Of a stretch of DNA of 64,000 nt, positions 18,609 through 28,013 are shown piece after piece; positions within the stretch are counted from its first letter, which is position 1; the number at the start of each line of letters is the position of its first letter. Origin of the DNA: Polyangiales bacterium (GTDB lineage Bacteria; Myxococcota_A; Polyangia; Polyangiales; Houyiibacteriaceae); the NCBI GenBank assembly GCA_045106895.1, contig JBGCFM010000172.1, forward strand, positions 17,624 to 81,623, given 5' to 3'. The notes beneath the pieces are model-generated. The model was given only the letters and a program-made list of their open reading frames with translations. It searched no databases and was not told the DNA's origin. Made by a program: the position numbers and the translations under genes.

Positions 18609-19928
18609 TTAGGGCGCGCCGACGAAAAGAGGGTCCGGGCGCAGGGCTCGACCTTCGTGGCGAAGCTGAAAATGTAAGTGTGGCGCGCCGCCTGCGGAGG
18701 TCCCGACGCGTCCTATCCACTCCCCGCGCTGAACGTTCTGACCGGCCTGAACGTGAATCGATTTGGCCGACCCGTAGAGCGTCACCCAGCCGTTCTTGTG
18801 AAGGACGACGATGGCGTTCCCCACACCCCGAAGGCCCACGCCTGCGTAGATCACGCGGCCATCCGCGACGACTCGGATTGGCGCGTCCGAGTCCGCCTCG
18901 ATGTTCACCCCGCGTGGTTGGTTGTAGTCGTCACCGCGTCGACCTCCACGGACGGGCCAGAGAGCGTTAGAAAAACGCCCACCCTCGACGTTGTCCAGGT
19001 CCACCGGCGATGCACCTCCCGAGAGAAGGCGACGTGCATGTGCGAGTCCTTCTCGGTCGTCACCGCGCACCGTCGCCTGTGGGGCGCGTGGTGCCACGAC
19101 TCCTGTCGGACCATCAGAGGGGAGGCTGCGACTCAGGTAACCTTCAGGTTCGTGGTAGCGTCCAGCGCGCTTCAGGCGCGTCCATTCACGGTAGGCCGCG
19201 ATCCACGGACGACCGTCAAAACGGTCGAGTGGGTTGACGGCGTGGCCTCGCCGATGAAGCTCAAAGTGCAGATGGGGGCCCCGAGAGATTCCCGTGTTCC
19301 CCACAAACCCGATGCGCTCCCCTTGGCGGACCCGCCAGCCAGCTTGAACGGTGGTTCGAACGCAGTGCGCGTAGATGCTCACTTCGCCGCTTGGGTGAAC
19401 GATGATGATCGTGTTGCCGAAGCCTCGGACGCCATTGTCTGAATAGGCGACGATTCCGGGTGCGACGGCGCGAATGACGGAGCCTTCGTCGGCGACGATG
19501 TCCACGCCGCGATGCGGGAGGTCGGGACGACGGCGACGAACCAGCCCAAAGCCGCGCCCAAAACGACCGAGCTCCACCGGCCAGCGTAGGTGTTCCGGCA
19601 TGGATTCACCGGCAGCTTCAACCCAGCGGGCCAACGGACGTGAGCGCATGAGTCGGCTCGCAGCGTTGCGGGTCCCAAGCCCAAGACGCTCGGCGCGTGC
19701 CGCGGAGGCTCCCCTCGCCCTTGGAACGTTCCGCGGGCCGTCCGAAAAACGCGAGTAGTCGAATCGCCGCCTTGGAGCGTCTTCCTCCGCGTCAGCTCGC
19801 GCCTCGGAAACGCTTACGGCCTCTTCTTGGGCTTCTCCTTCGCCTCGCTCATCGTCGGCCATCGCGGGGGTCGCGAAGATGAGAACGAAGCAGCAGAGCC
19901 AGAAGTGAGCGTTCAATCGCGAATCCAT
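18609..19928 (-). CDS. Secreted protein with two M23 peptidase domains
   Basis: Signal peptide (ATPAMA). Domain 1 has HRGVD...YAH...GPHLHFE; domain 2 has PRGVN...YGS...PHLHFQ. Confidence 0.85.
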   Translation of the reverse strand: MDSRLNAHFWLCCFVLIFATPAMADDERGEGEAQEEAVSVSEARADAEEDAPRRRFDYSRFSDGPRNVPRARGASAARAERLGLGTRNAASRLMRSRPLARWVEAAGESMPEHLRWPVELGRFGRGFGLVRRRRPDLPHRGVDIVADEGSVIRAVAPGIVAYSDNGVRGFGNTIIIVHPSGEVSIYAHCVRTTVQAGWRVRQGERIGFVGNTGISRGPHLHFELHRRGHAVNPLDRFDGRPWIAAYREWTRLKRAGRYHEPEGYLSRSLPSDGPTGVVAPRAPQATVRGDDREGLAHARRLLSGGASPVDLDNVEGGRFSNALWPVRGGRRGDDYNQPRGVNIEADSDAPIRVVADGRVIYAGVGLRGVGNAIVVLHKNGWVTLYGSAKSIHVQAGQNVQRGEWIGRVGTSAGGAPHLHFQLRHEGRALRPDPLFVGAP

Positions 19929-20086
19929 CTCTCAACGCGTCGGCAATTGGCGGCCTTCGGTCAAGAAAGCCGCAGGTGGGGGCTCTGACCAGAATCAGGT
20001 AAGTGGGCAAAAACCGGTCAATACCTAAGCGCTTTTGGCTACGTCGGCTTGACTGTGTGGCTTGATTGCGCTGCGCTGCGCCCACT

Positions 20087-21079
20087 ATGCGCTCCATGCT
20101 CCTTGTTTCGCTTGTCCTGTCCCTTGCTGCTTGTGGTTCTGCCCCGGAAACGCGCACGCTCGTGGATGAAAGCAACGACAACAACATCATCGCGGAGGTG
20201 TCCTCCCGGCACCTCGCGGGCACGCAGCCAGCTGGACCCGATCTCGTTGGCACCCAGTGGGCGTGGCGGGAAGCGCATTGCACCGAAGGCCCCCTCGATT
20301 TGGCGGGTCGTGAGTTCACTCGAACCACGAGAGTAAAGTCCACGGGCGAGGGCTTGCTCCTCATTCATGACGACACGTTCGGTGACAGCTGCCGAATGAC
20401 GGTTGTGCAACACGCGAAGGCGGGCTCCGACGCCGACTCCCAGTGGCAGATGGAAGAGCAAGCGGCGGTGAGCGTCGGTGAGTGCGAAGACCTTGCTGAA
20501 GCTGACCGGCCTGGCGATGTGCGCCGTCGCGGAACGGACCTCGAGGTCTACGTTCAGCGCAGCGTGTGGTGCAACGGTTTGGAGCTGCGTATGGTCTACA
20601 CCTCTGTTGCGCCGACGCCCATCGATGACCTCAATATTGGGCTTCACTACGCCGCCCACTTCAACCGGCGTGATGCGCAGAAGCTAACGGAACTCTTCGC
20701 GTCCACGGGTTCCCTTGTGGACCCGTTCACTCGAACTCCTTTGGACCAGGCGACTCGTTACGATGGTCAGGCCGCGGTCTATGGGTGGTTCCAAGAAGCG
20801 TTCACGGCGACCAACTGGTTGGCGATGCGCGTTGTAGGCCTCGAAGCGGGTTCAACGCCCGGCAGCGTGGTTCTCGACTGGCACTACATGGACCCACGCC
20901 TCGACGCGCCCTTTGCGGGTCGAAACCGTTTCACCGTCGCTGGTGGCGAGATCTTCGAGACGAGCATCGAGATCACGGCGCAAGAGGTGACTGAGCCCGC
21001 GCCCACGCAGGAAGCCGTGGTGCAGCCTGCGCCCGTGGAAGCGGACACCAACACCGACCCTGAAGCCGGCGACGAGTAG
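20087..21079 (+). CDS. Lipoprotein with a C-terminal SnoaL/NTF2-like domain
   Basis: Lipobox LAAC; YAAHFNRRDAQKLTELFA...YDGQAAV...GRNRFTVAGGEI pattern. Confidence 0.7.
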   Translation: MRSMLLVSLVLSLAACGSAPETRTLVDESNDNNIIAEVSSRHLAGTQPAGPDLVGTQWAWREAHCTEGPLDLAGREFTRTTRVKSTGEGLLLIHDDTFGDSCRMTVVQHAKAGSDADSQWQMEEQAAVSVGECEDLAEADRPGDVRRRGTDLEVYVQRSVWCNGLELRMVYTSVAPTPIDDLNIGLHYAAHFNRRDAQKLTELFASTGSLVDPFTRTPLDQATRYDGQAAVYGWFQEAFTATNWLAMRVVGLEAGSTPGSVVLDWHYMDPRLDAPFAGRNRFTVAGGEIFETSIEITAQEVTEPAPTQEAVVQPAPVEADTNTDPEAGDE

Positions 21080-21153
21080 CGGGAGCGGGAGAGGGCGCCG
21101 CCAATAGCGCGGCGTAGCGACCGAGCGACCGGGACCTGACCGCCTTCGCTTCG

Positions 21154-22146
21154 TTAGTAGGTTGCGCCGAGGCCCACCGCAAAGTCCCACTGGCGAGGCA
21201 AGTCGTCGGGAACGTCGGCGTCAATGTCCCCGGGCGCCTTCAAGTCCCAGTGAATAGCGGCGTTGAGCGTGAACACGCGGTAGCGGAGTTCTGCGCCGAT
21301 GGACATACGCGCACGAAAAGCGCGAACGTCATTGAACACGGCGTTGTTGTTGAGGTCCTGTTCGGAGCCTGGCCCATTTGTGCAGAGAATGTTGGAGTTC
21401 GCCATTTGCGGAGGCTGTCCAGGAGACACGCCACATTCCGCAAAGGCGTTGCGGTCCGGCGTGAGGTCGACGAGTTCGGAGTCCGCCACGATCCACATCA
21501 GCTGCGCCGCGATGATGGGCGTGAACACGACGGCCCCGCCCAGCACGATAGGCTTGGAGGCGATGAAATCGAGGGAGGGCACAGTGATGTGCATCTCGGA
21601 TTCGCCGGTCAGCGTACGAACAGCACCGCGAACGGCGAGGTCAGGGATGAATCCCATGGCCCCTTCGCGAAATCCTTCGAGAAGCGCGATTCGAAGCTCG
21701 CCGCCCCAAATCCAGGAGTCCGTGTTGTAGAAGCGGCCGAGGCTCACTCCAACCTCCAGGCCATACGGGAGACCTTTGCGAAGCGCGAGGCGTGAGGAAG
21801 TCAACGTTGACGCGACGAAGCGGTTTCGCCCGGTGCTCATGGCGTCACCCTCGGTCCCAAGGGCCCAGTAGTCAGCGCCGTTGTCGATGCCCGCCACGCT
21901 GGTCTCGAAGCCGATGTAGAAGCCTCGGTACCCAGTGGTACGCGCCGGCGCCAGGTTTGGGGCGGCGAGGGCAAAGCCCAGTTGAGATACAAGCCGAACG
22001 AACGCGTCATTGTCCGCTCGGTATGAACCCGGCGTGGCTCCTTCGATGCGCAAACGCGAGAGCGCGATGCTCATATCATCCGCCTGGACCGATTGAGGCG
22101 ACATTAGAGCCGTCGCGAGGAGTAGGGCGGCGGAGGCGCGAAGCAT
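21154..22146 (-). CDS. Putative outer-membrane beta-barrel protein (myxobacterial type)
   Basis: Signal peptide (VQA), alternating amphipathic strands, C-terminal WDFAVGLGATY. Confidence 0.65.
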   Translation of the reverse strand: MLRASAALLLATALMSPQSVQADDMSIALSRLRIEGATPGSYRADNDAFVRLVSQLGFALAAPNLAPARTTGYRGFYIGFETSVAGIDNGADYWALGTEGDAMSTGRNRFVASTLTSSRLALRKGLPYGLEVGVSLGRFYNTDSWIWGGELRIALLEGFREGAMGFIPDLAVRGAVRTLTGESEMHITVPSLDFIASKPIVLGGAVVFTPIIAAQLMWIVADSELVDLTPDRNAFAECGVSPGQPPQMANSNILCTNGPGSEQDLNNNAVFNDVRAFRARMSIGAELRYRVFTLNAAIHWDLKAPGDIDADVPDDLPRQWDFAVGLGATY

Positions 22147-22213
22147 GGTCGCACGCTATCGGCCCACAGATGACTCCGTCAACACACGCATGCGATCTGC
22201 TACCGTCACCGAG

Positions 22214-22759
22214 ATGCCTGTGGGACCGAAACTCCGCGCCAAGCCGCTTGAACACCCCTTCGAGATCGCCCTCGTTGAACCCGAAATTCCCCCAAACACC
22301 GGCGCCATCGCTCGGACGGCGGCGGCCACCGCCAGTCGCCTCCACCTTATCGGAAAGCTTGGGTTTCGCATCGACGAGCAATCCGTGCGGCGTGCGGGGC
22401 TTGATTACTGGCCCCTCGTCGATCTCGCGACCCATGCTTCCTTCGACGCATTTCTCGATGGGCGCGACACGAAACGGTTCCATTTCCTCACCGCTGGAGC
22501 AGGCCGGAGCATATACGAGGCTGATTTCCAGCCCGGCGATACGCTCGTGTTCGGCAAAGAATCGGTCGGACTGGACCCCACGATTCTGGAGCGATTCGAT
22601 GGCCAGGCGGTGGCCATTCCTACGTTGGGGCCCGTTCGTTCGCTCAACTTGGCGACGGCCGTGAGCATCACTGTCTATGAGGCGCTGCGGCAGGCGGGAG
22701 GGGTTGCGACCACATTCTTGGCTTCCGACGCCGTCGGAGCAGGTAAAGCGAACGTGTGA
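22214..22759 (+). CDS. trmL: tRNA (cytidine/uridine-34-2'-O)-methyltransferase (SpoU family)
   Basis: PEIPPNTGAIAR, RRAGLDYW, FGKESVGL and RSLNLA motifs. Confidence 0.93.
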   Translation: MPVGPKLRAKPLEHPFEIALVEPEIPPNTGAIARTAAATASRLHLIGKLGFRIDEQSVRRAGLDYWPLVDLATHASFDAFLDGRDTKRFHFLTAGAGRSIYEADFQPGDTLVFGKESVGLDPTILERFDGQAVAIPTLGPVRSLNLATAVSITVYEALRQAGGVATTFLASDAVGAGKANV

Positions 22760-22783
22760 ACGGGCGTGAACGGCTGTTGACGG
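22756..22783 (+). promoter_or_regulatory. Tandem direct repeats, candidate sigma54 enhancer
   Basis: GTGAACGG, GTGAACGG and GTTGACGG at a 10-bp period, about 95-120 bp upstream of a -24/-12 element. Confidence 0.5.
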
Positions 22784-22875
22784 TGCCAGTGGCGATCGCG
22801 ACCAAATGGCCTGTTATGTTGTCGTGAGCTTCTGTTGTAGACCGAAAATGCCCTGGTTTTGTGGTATCTTAGCGC

Positions 22876-22892
22876 CTGGCACGAACGTCGCA
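22876..22892 (+). promoter_or_regulatory. Sigma54 (-24/-12) promoter
   Basis: CTGGCACGAACGTCGCA with GG-N10-GC spacing, close to consensus YTGGCACG-N4-TTGCW. Confidence 0.75.
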
Positions 22893-22933
22893 TAACATCG
22901 GGGCCGTACCCCCCTAACCCCCGGAGTCGCCCG

Positions 22934-23896
22934 ATGCGAGCTCGCTTGTCCACTGCTTCCCATTTCGCCTTTCTCTTCGCTCCCGCCATGCTCTTGCTGA
23001 CGGGTTGCCCAATCTGGGGCGATGGTGGCGACCCCTACTGCAACACGGACCGCGATTGCCCTTCCGGAAGGTGCGACTTCGCCGGTCGCTGCGTGTTCGA
23101 CCGCGATGCCAGCTTCCCGGATTCGAGCCGGCCGGACGTCGGAACCGATGACGCGGGCCCAACGAGCTGCCGCACGAATGGTGACTGCGCGACGGCGTTC
23201 TACTGCGACTCGGTCTTGAACACGTGCACCGACTCCAACACGTGCACCGACGACAACAGCTGCACCGGTGGGTTCATTTGTGACTTCCGCGACACCTGCG
23301 TGCCGCCGGTTGACGGCGCCTGCCGCGACACAAACGACTGCACGGGCGGTGACCTCTGCATAGAGGGCTTCTGCCGAGAGCAGGACACGCTCTGCCAGTT
23401 CGGGTACGACTGCAGCGCGGGCCAGTCCTGTGTGAACGGCGCCTGCACCAACGTGTGCGGCACGGAAGCTCAGTGCGGTTCGGGCAGCTCCTGCAACAAC
23501 GGCTTCTGTACTCCGACCACCGAGTGTAGCTCCACTTCCCAGTGTGGCGGCGGAGAGCACTGCGTCGAAGGACGCTGTCTCCCGGATTGCCAGAGCACGA
23601 GCTCCTGCTCCGGCAGCGCTGACTACTGCGGCGATGACATGTTCTGCCGACCCGACTGGCGTGAACGACCATTCTGTACTCTCGACACCGACTGCACCTC
23701 TGGAAGTGTCTGCCGTGACGGCGCCTGCCGCACGCCGTGCCCAACCGGAACTGACGCGGAGTGTCGCGCCACGGACCCTAGTCTCTCCTGCGGCGCCATG
23801 GACCTCTGTGTCTCCACGGAGACTCCAGAGTGTGCGCTCTCGAGCGAATGCACGGCGCCTGAGGCCTGCGTCAACGCTCTGTGTCGAGGCATCTAG
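22934..23896 (+). CDS. Cysteine-rich repeat lipoprotein (11 four-Cys units)
   Basis: GGAG RBS; lipobox LTGC; repeated approximately C-x5-C-x5-C-x4-C units. Confidence 0.85.
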   Translation: MRARLSTASHFAFLFAPAMLLLTGCPIWGDGGDPYCNTDRDCPSGRCDFAGRCVFDRDASFPDSSRPDVGTDDAGPTSCRTNGDCATAFYCDSVLNTCTDSNTCTDDNSCTGGFICDFRDTCVPPVDGACRDTNDCTGGDLCIEGFCREQDTLCQFGYDCSAGQSCVNGACTNVCGTEAQCGSGSSCNNGFCTPTTECSSTSQCGGGEHCVEGRCLPDCQSTSSCSGSADYCGDDMFCRPDWRERPFCTLDTDCTSGSVCRDGACRTPCPTGTDAECRATDPSLSCGAMDLCVSTETPECALSSECTAPEACVNALCRGI

Positions 23897-24009
23897 ACGA
23901 AGACGGGGACGACTTGAGCTGAAGCAGGCTCACTTGGCGGCGCTCACCATTCGGTGGGCGCCGTTTCGCTTTAACCGTGCAGGGGGAGAAGCGTTTGCTA
24001 GAGAAGAAC

Positions 24010-25071
24010 GTGCTCCGACTCTCTGCTCTTCTTGTGATGCTCCTTGCTTGCGGTCCCTCCGAGGAGCCAGGGGCGCCGCGGGAGACGACCATCGAGCAAG
24101 CCATCGACGGTCGCGGCCGCATCGCATTGGTCGGGATCACCGCCGAGGACGTTCAAGAGGCGGCCGGTGAGTTCGTTCAGCCCACGGAGGCTATCCGAGC
24201 TGCGCTCGATTCAGACGATCCTGTGGCTCTTCTGAGCGCCCTGGATGAGGACGATATTCAGGGCGTTGCGCTGGCGACGACACTTGGATCAGACCCGGAG
24301 GCAACCGGTCTCGCAGCGCGCATCGCACGGTTCGAGCACATTGATGGATTGCGAGGCGCCTTTCTGCACCCTGGCGCCGTTCTCTACATGCAAAGCGTAG
24401 TCGCGTCCCTTGGCCGCGACGTCGAGCTAGCGGCGCCCATCGCGCGTCGACTTCTGGAGGGCGCGTCACGTCCTCGGATGAGCTCGTTTCCGGCCTCCTA
24501 TCGTGCCGACCAGAGCGTTGAAGTCATGGTGCTCTTACGGGATCGGGGCCGAGCTCGCTTATGGCGTTCGGCTCGCGGCTCGTCCATCGCTGCCGCGCTT
24601 GTCACCGCAGCCACTGTCGCGCGGCGACGTTGGCGTGAACGCGAGCAGGCGCTCGGAGGGCCGCTTGAAGAACGCTTGATCGACTTGGACGTGGAAGTCT
24701 CTCTACTCGAAGAAGATGGCACGCTTGCTTTGACGACGGACGCATTCGTGGAGCGCGTCTTTGGCGAAAACCATGGCGTTGCATTCGAATCCACGAGCAA
24801 CTGGCGCTACCTTCTCCCGGAGGCCACCGCCGACAAGGGTCACGGCTCTGCCGTTGCCGCCTACCACGAGCTTTTTCGCGAAGACTCGCTGCCAGAAGAT
24901 TCGCTGGAGAACCCTGGGCTGCGTTTCTATCGCCTCGTCGTGACGGTCCTTGGAGTAGATGCCGGTGGCGCGGATGGCTTGTCCGGCGAAGATGTGCTCG
25001 AAGCGATCGATTCCGCATCCCCTGATTCGACGGCGGGCTCTAACGCTGCATCGGACTCCGACGCGGACTGA
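24010..25071 (+). CDS. Lipoprotein with an AMMECR1-like C-terminal region
   Basis: Lipobox LLAC after GTG 24010; LDVEVSLL...HGVAFE...YLLPE pattern. Confidence 0.6.
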   Translation: MLRLSALLVMLLACGPSEEPGAPRETTIEQAIDGRGRIALVGITAEDVQEAAGEFVQPTEAIRAALDSDDPVALLSALDEDDIQGVALATTLGSDPEATGLAARIARFEHIDGLRGAFLHPGAVLYMQSVVASLGRDVELAAPIARRLLEGASRPRMSSFPASYRADQSVEVMVLLRDRGRARLWRSARGSSIAAALVTAATVARRRWREREQALGGPLEERLIDLDVEVSLLEEDGTLALTTDAFVERVFGENHGVAFESTSNWRYLLPEATADKGHGSAVAAYHELFREDSLPEDSLENPGLRFYRLVVTVLGVDAGGADGLSGEDVLEAIDSASPDSTAGSNAASDSDAD

Positions 25072-27086
25072 ACCACGGGCAGGGTGAGGAGGAAGGTCGC
25101 CCCTTTTCCTGGTTGCGAACGCACCTGCAACCGGCCTCCCGCGGCGTTTGCGATGCGCTGAGAGATGGCGAGGCCGAGGCCTGTTCCGCGGTCCTTTGTG
25201 GTGACGAAGGGGACAAAAAGATGAGGCACGACCTCTGCGGAGATGCCGGGACCGTTGTCCTCCACGGAGATGACGACGTTCTGAACACGTCGGGTCGTGA
25301 CCGTTGTGGTCTTGAGACGAATGGTCCCCTCGCCCCCCTCAAACGCCTGAATTGCGTTGTGCACGAGGTTCAGCAAGACCTGGCGAAGCTGTTCCGCATC
25401 GATTCGCACCAAAGGCAGCTCTTCGTCGAGGGCCAAGTCCAGGACGACCTCCGCGACTTGGCACTCTGGACGGAGTAGCTGCGCGGTGCGTTCGACGACG
25501 GCGTTGATGTCGACGGAGGCCGGGTTGCCGCTGGAGGGACGTGCGTAGTCGAGGAACGAGCTGACGACGCGGTTCAAACGGTCCACCTCCTCGACGATAA
25601 TGCCGAGGAACTCTTCGCCTTCCTGTTCTTGCCCTTCGGTCAAGTACTGCGCCGATGCTTTGATCGCGCCGAGCGGGTTACGAATCTCATGGGCGAGGCC
25701 CGCCGCCATCTCACCGAGTGAGGCCAGGCGGTCACGCTCTTTGAGGCGAAGGTAGAGCCGCGAGTTTTCGATGGTCGTAGCGGTCTGTGCAGCGAGTCCG
25801 ATGAGCAGCTGGATTTCCTCCGGCGAGTACGCATCTCGCATCCGCTCGTCACGAAGTGCGAGGACGCCGTAGAGGCTGCCGTCCTCGGCCCGAATAGCCA
25901 GGCACACGCTGGCGTTCATGGCAGCCAGGGTCTGAGTAATCTCAAAAAGCGTCTCCGCTTCCCGGTCTTCTCCGGCAGCGCGATGCTCTTCTAGTTGGCG
26001 CTCCAGGTTCTCGAGTACCACGGAGTCATCGTCCACCAGGCGGTCGAGGAGCGGGCGCGCTGGAGCGATTTCGATGCGGGCGAGGGGGGCAGGGCCAACG
26101 TGACCCGCGAGGTCGTAACCGTGTTGGGCGTCATCGGCGAGGTAGACGCCAGCGTGGGTCACACGACGCGTTTGCTCGAGGCCTTCGATGAGCACGTGGG
26201 CCAGTTCGTGTCCTTCGAGAACATGCGCGAGTTCCGCGCGAAGCGAGGTGATCACTCGCTCGAATGCGTATCGCTCTCGGAAGAGCAGTTGGGCGATTTT
26301 TTGACTGACCTTCGAGCGCACGGGGTCGAAGAGCACAAGAACAACGAGGGATGCGACGACGGCCTGGAGGAAATAGCGACCTCCGGCGAAGAAAACGAGC
26401 ACCCACAGAATCCCGGCCAGGAAGAACGAGAGTGTGGTGAGAACGGCGAGGCGGCCGGCGAGCTCATAGAGGTCGATGAGGCGATGCCGGACGACGCTTT
26501 GCGACAGCATGTAGAGGAAGATGAGCGTGAGCAGCGTCCCTACAGGTGGCAAGTGGACGCCGAGGTATGGAGGGTACTCAAATAGCGTGAAGAACGCGGC
26601 GAGACCTCCGACGAGGGCGAGGAACGAGCGACGACCTTCCTCGAAGCGGCTCGTCGTCTCTTGGGTGCGGAGGTAGAGCATGGTCAGCGCGGCGCCGACA
26701 AAGATCACGACGTAGGTGAACACCGCCGTGCGCACGACGATGTGCTCGTAGAGCGGCGTCGCTGTCGCGACGAGAATCGCTGCAGCGGCGACCCAAGAGG
26801 CACGCTGGAGTCGCTGGGTTCCTTTGGCGCCTTCCGCCATGAATGTGCGGAAGAACTCCACCGTCGAGAGCGGTAGGAGGACACCAAAAGCTAGGTTTGC
26901 GCGTGCCCACACAGAGCTCGACAGGACCTTCGCCAGGAAGGTGGTGAGATACCAGAGGCTCATGTTCAGCCCGAACACGGCGAATAGCCATTGGTCCCGA
27001 CGTTTCCGGGAGCGCAGAGCGACGCTTGCCGCGAGGGCGAGGCACACCAGTGAGGCGAAAAGCGATGTCTGTACCCGAAGGTCCAC
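24927..27086 (-). CDS. Multi-TM sensor histidine kinase with a GAF domain (PrsK-like architecture)
   Basis: About 8 TM helices, GAF region, H-box LAHEIRNPL, N-box NAIQA, DNGPGI and GTGLGL. Confidence 0.92.
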   Translation of the reverse strand: MDLRVQTSLFASLVCLALAASVALRSRKRRDQWLFAVFGLNMSLWYLTTFLAKVLSSSVWARANLAFGVLLPLSTVEFFRTFMAEGAKGTQRLQRASWVAAAAILVATATPLYEHIVVRTAVFTYVVIFVGAALTMLYLRTQETTSRFEEGRRSFLALVGGLAAFFTLFEYPPYLGVHLPPVGTLLTLIFLYMLSQSVVRHRLIDLYELAGRLAVLTTLSFFLAGILWVLVFFAGGRYFLQAVVASLVVLVLFDPVRSKVSQKIAQLLFRERYAFERVITSLRAELAHVLEGHELAHVLIEGLEQTRRVTHAGVYLADDAQHGYDLAGHVGPAPLARIEIAPARPLLDRLVDDDSVVLENLERQLEEHRAAGEDREAETLFEITQTLAAMNASVCLAIRAEDGSLYGVLALRDERMRDAYSPEEIQLLIGLAAQTATTIENSRLYLRLKERDRLASLGEMAAGLAHEIRNPLGAIKASAQYLTEGQEQEGEEFLGIIVEEVDRLNRVVSSFLDYARPSSGNPASVDINAVVERTAQLLRPECQVAEVVLDLALDEELPLVRIDAEQLRQVLLNLVHNAIQAFEGGEGTIRLKTTTVTTRRVQNVVISVEDNGPGISAEVVPHLFVPFVTTKDRGTGLGLAISQRIANAAGGRLQVRSQPGKGATFLLTLPVVQSASESDAALEPAVESGDAESIASSTSSPDKPSAPPASTPRTVTTRR

Positions 27087-27214
27087 GCGACAAGCCTAGC
27101 GCTTTGCCTGGACAGCCGGCTGCGTAAACTTTTTCGCGCAAAATAAACCAGTAAATACGGGTGTTTAGAGTAATCGTGGGCATGTCTTCCTTGCGAGCAT
27201 CCAAATGCTCGACT

Positions 27215-27245
27215 ACTGGTATTACCAGTGACTGGTAATACCACT
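27215..27245. promoter_or_regulatory. Tandem FadR/GntR-type operators overlapping the regulator start
   Basis: ACTGGTATTACCAGT-G-ACTGGTAATACCACT: two TGGTA-N-TACCA palindromes that together form a perfect 13-bp inverted repeat. Confidence 0.8.
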
Positions 27246-28013
27246 TCGAAGAAGAACGCCTCCGACGAAGCGATGGACGCGCTTCGGCGCCGCATCCTTA
27301 GCGGAGAGCTTGAAGACGGGAGCATGCTTCCGGGCGAGCGTGAGCTGTCGGAGCAGCTCGGCGTGAGCCGACTGACGCTTCGCTCAGCGCTGGCGAGCCT
27401 CAAGGCCGAGGGGCTCATCGAGAAGGTGCATGGTTCGGGCAACCGGGTCCTGCCGTTTCGCGAAACCGGCGGTATCGAGACCGTCGCACACCTCGCCCGA
27501 TACGCGATTCAACGAGGGGACGTTCCCCTCGCTCTCCTCAATGACATTATGGAGTTTCGTCGGTTCGTCGCCGTACAGGTTCTAGGGACCGTCGCGGAGC
27601 GCGGAACGCCGGCGGAGCTTCGAGGGCTTCGCCTTCAGCTGGAGGTCTTGCATGAGGTCGTCGACGATGCGCCGCGTTTTATGGAGGAGGATCTCCAGTT
27701 CGCCCGCTTGATGGTTCGTGCCACGCACAACCTCGCGATGGAGCTGCTTTACAACACGGCGCTTCGCGTTCTCCGAGCGAGTCCAGGATTCGAAGCGGTG
27801 TTTTCGGTGAACGCACGCGAGACACTTCGGGTGTATGGGCGCCTGCTCGAGATGATCGCGGATCGCGATCCGGAACGTGTTCAGGCACTCGCGCGACGGG
27901 TCCTTGAGCCCCTCGACCGCAAGACGACGGACCGTCTGGCAGAGCTCGCCGACGTTCTCGGCTCAACAAGTTCGTCGACAGTGAAGGCTGTCGACAAGAA
28001 GGAGACAGTTTGA
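27228..28013 (+). CDS. GntR/FadR-family transcriptional regulator
   Basis: LPGERELSEQLGVSRLTLRSAL winged HTH plus an FCD-like C-terminal domain. Confidence 0.92.
   Translation: MTGNTTSKKNASDEAMDALRRRILSGELEDGSMLPGERELSEQLGVSRLTLRSALASLKAEGLIEKVHGSGNRVLPFRETGGIETVAHLARYAIQRGDVPLALLNDIMEFRRFVAVQVLGTVAERGTPAELRGLRLQLEVLHEVVDDAPRFMEEDLQFARLMVRATHNLAMELLYNTALRVLRASPGFEAVFSVNARETLRVYGRLLEMIADRDPERVQALARRVLEPLDRKTTDRLAELADVLGSTSSSTVKAVDKKETV

Noticed and set aside
22772..22790. Minus-strand TGGCAC resembling a second sigma54 promoter
   Set aside because: GG-to-GC spacing is 11 rather than 10, and it would point antisense into trmL.
22934..23896. Cys-rich ORFs (also 38326-39369) as RiPP precursors or multiheme cytochromes
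   Set aside because: No repeated CxxCH motifs and no adjacent modifying enzymes; lipoboxes and regular even-Cys units favour disulfide-bonded surface proteins.
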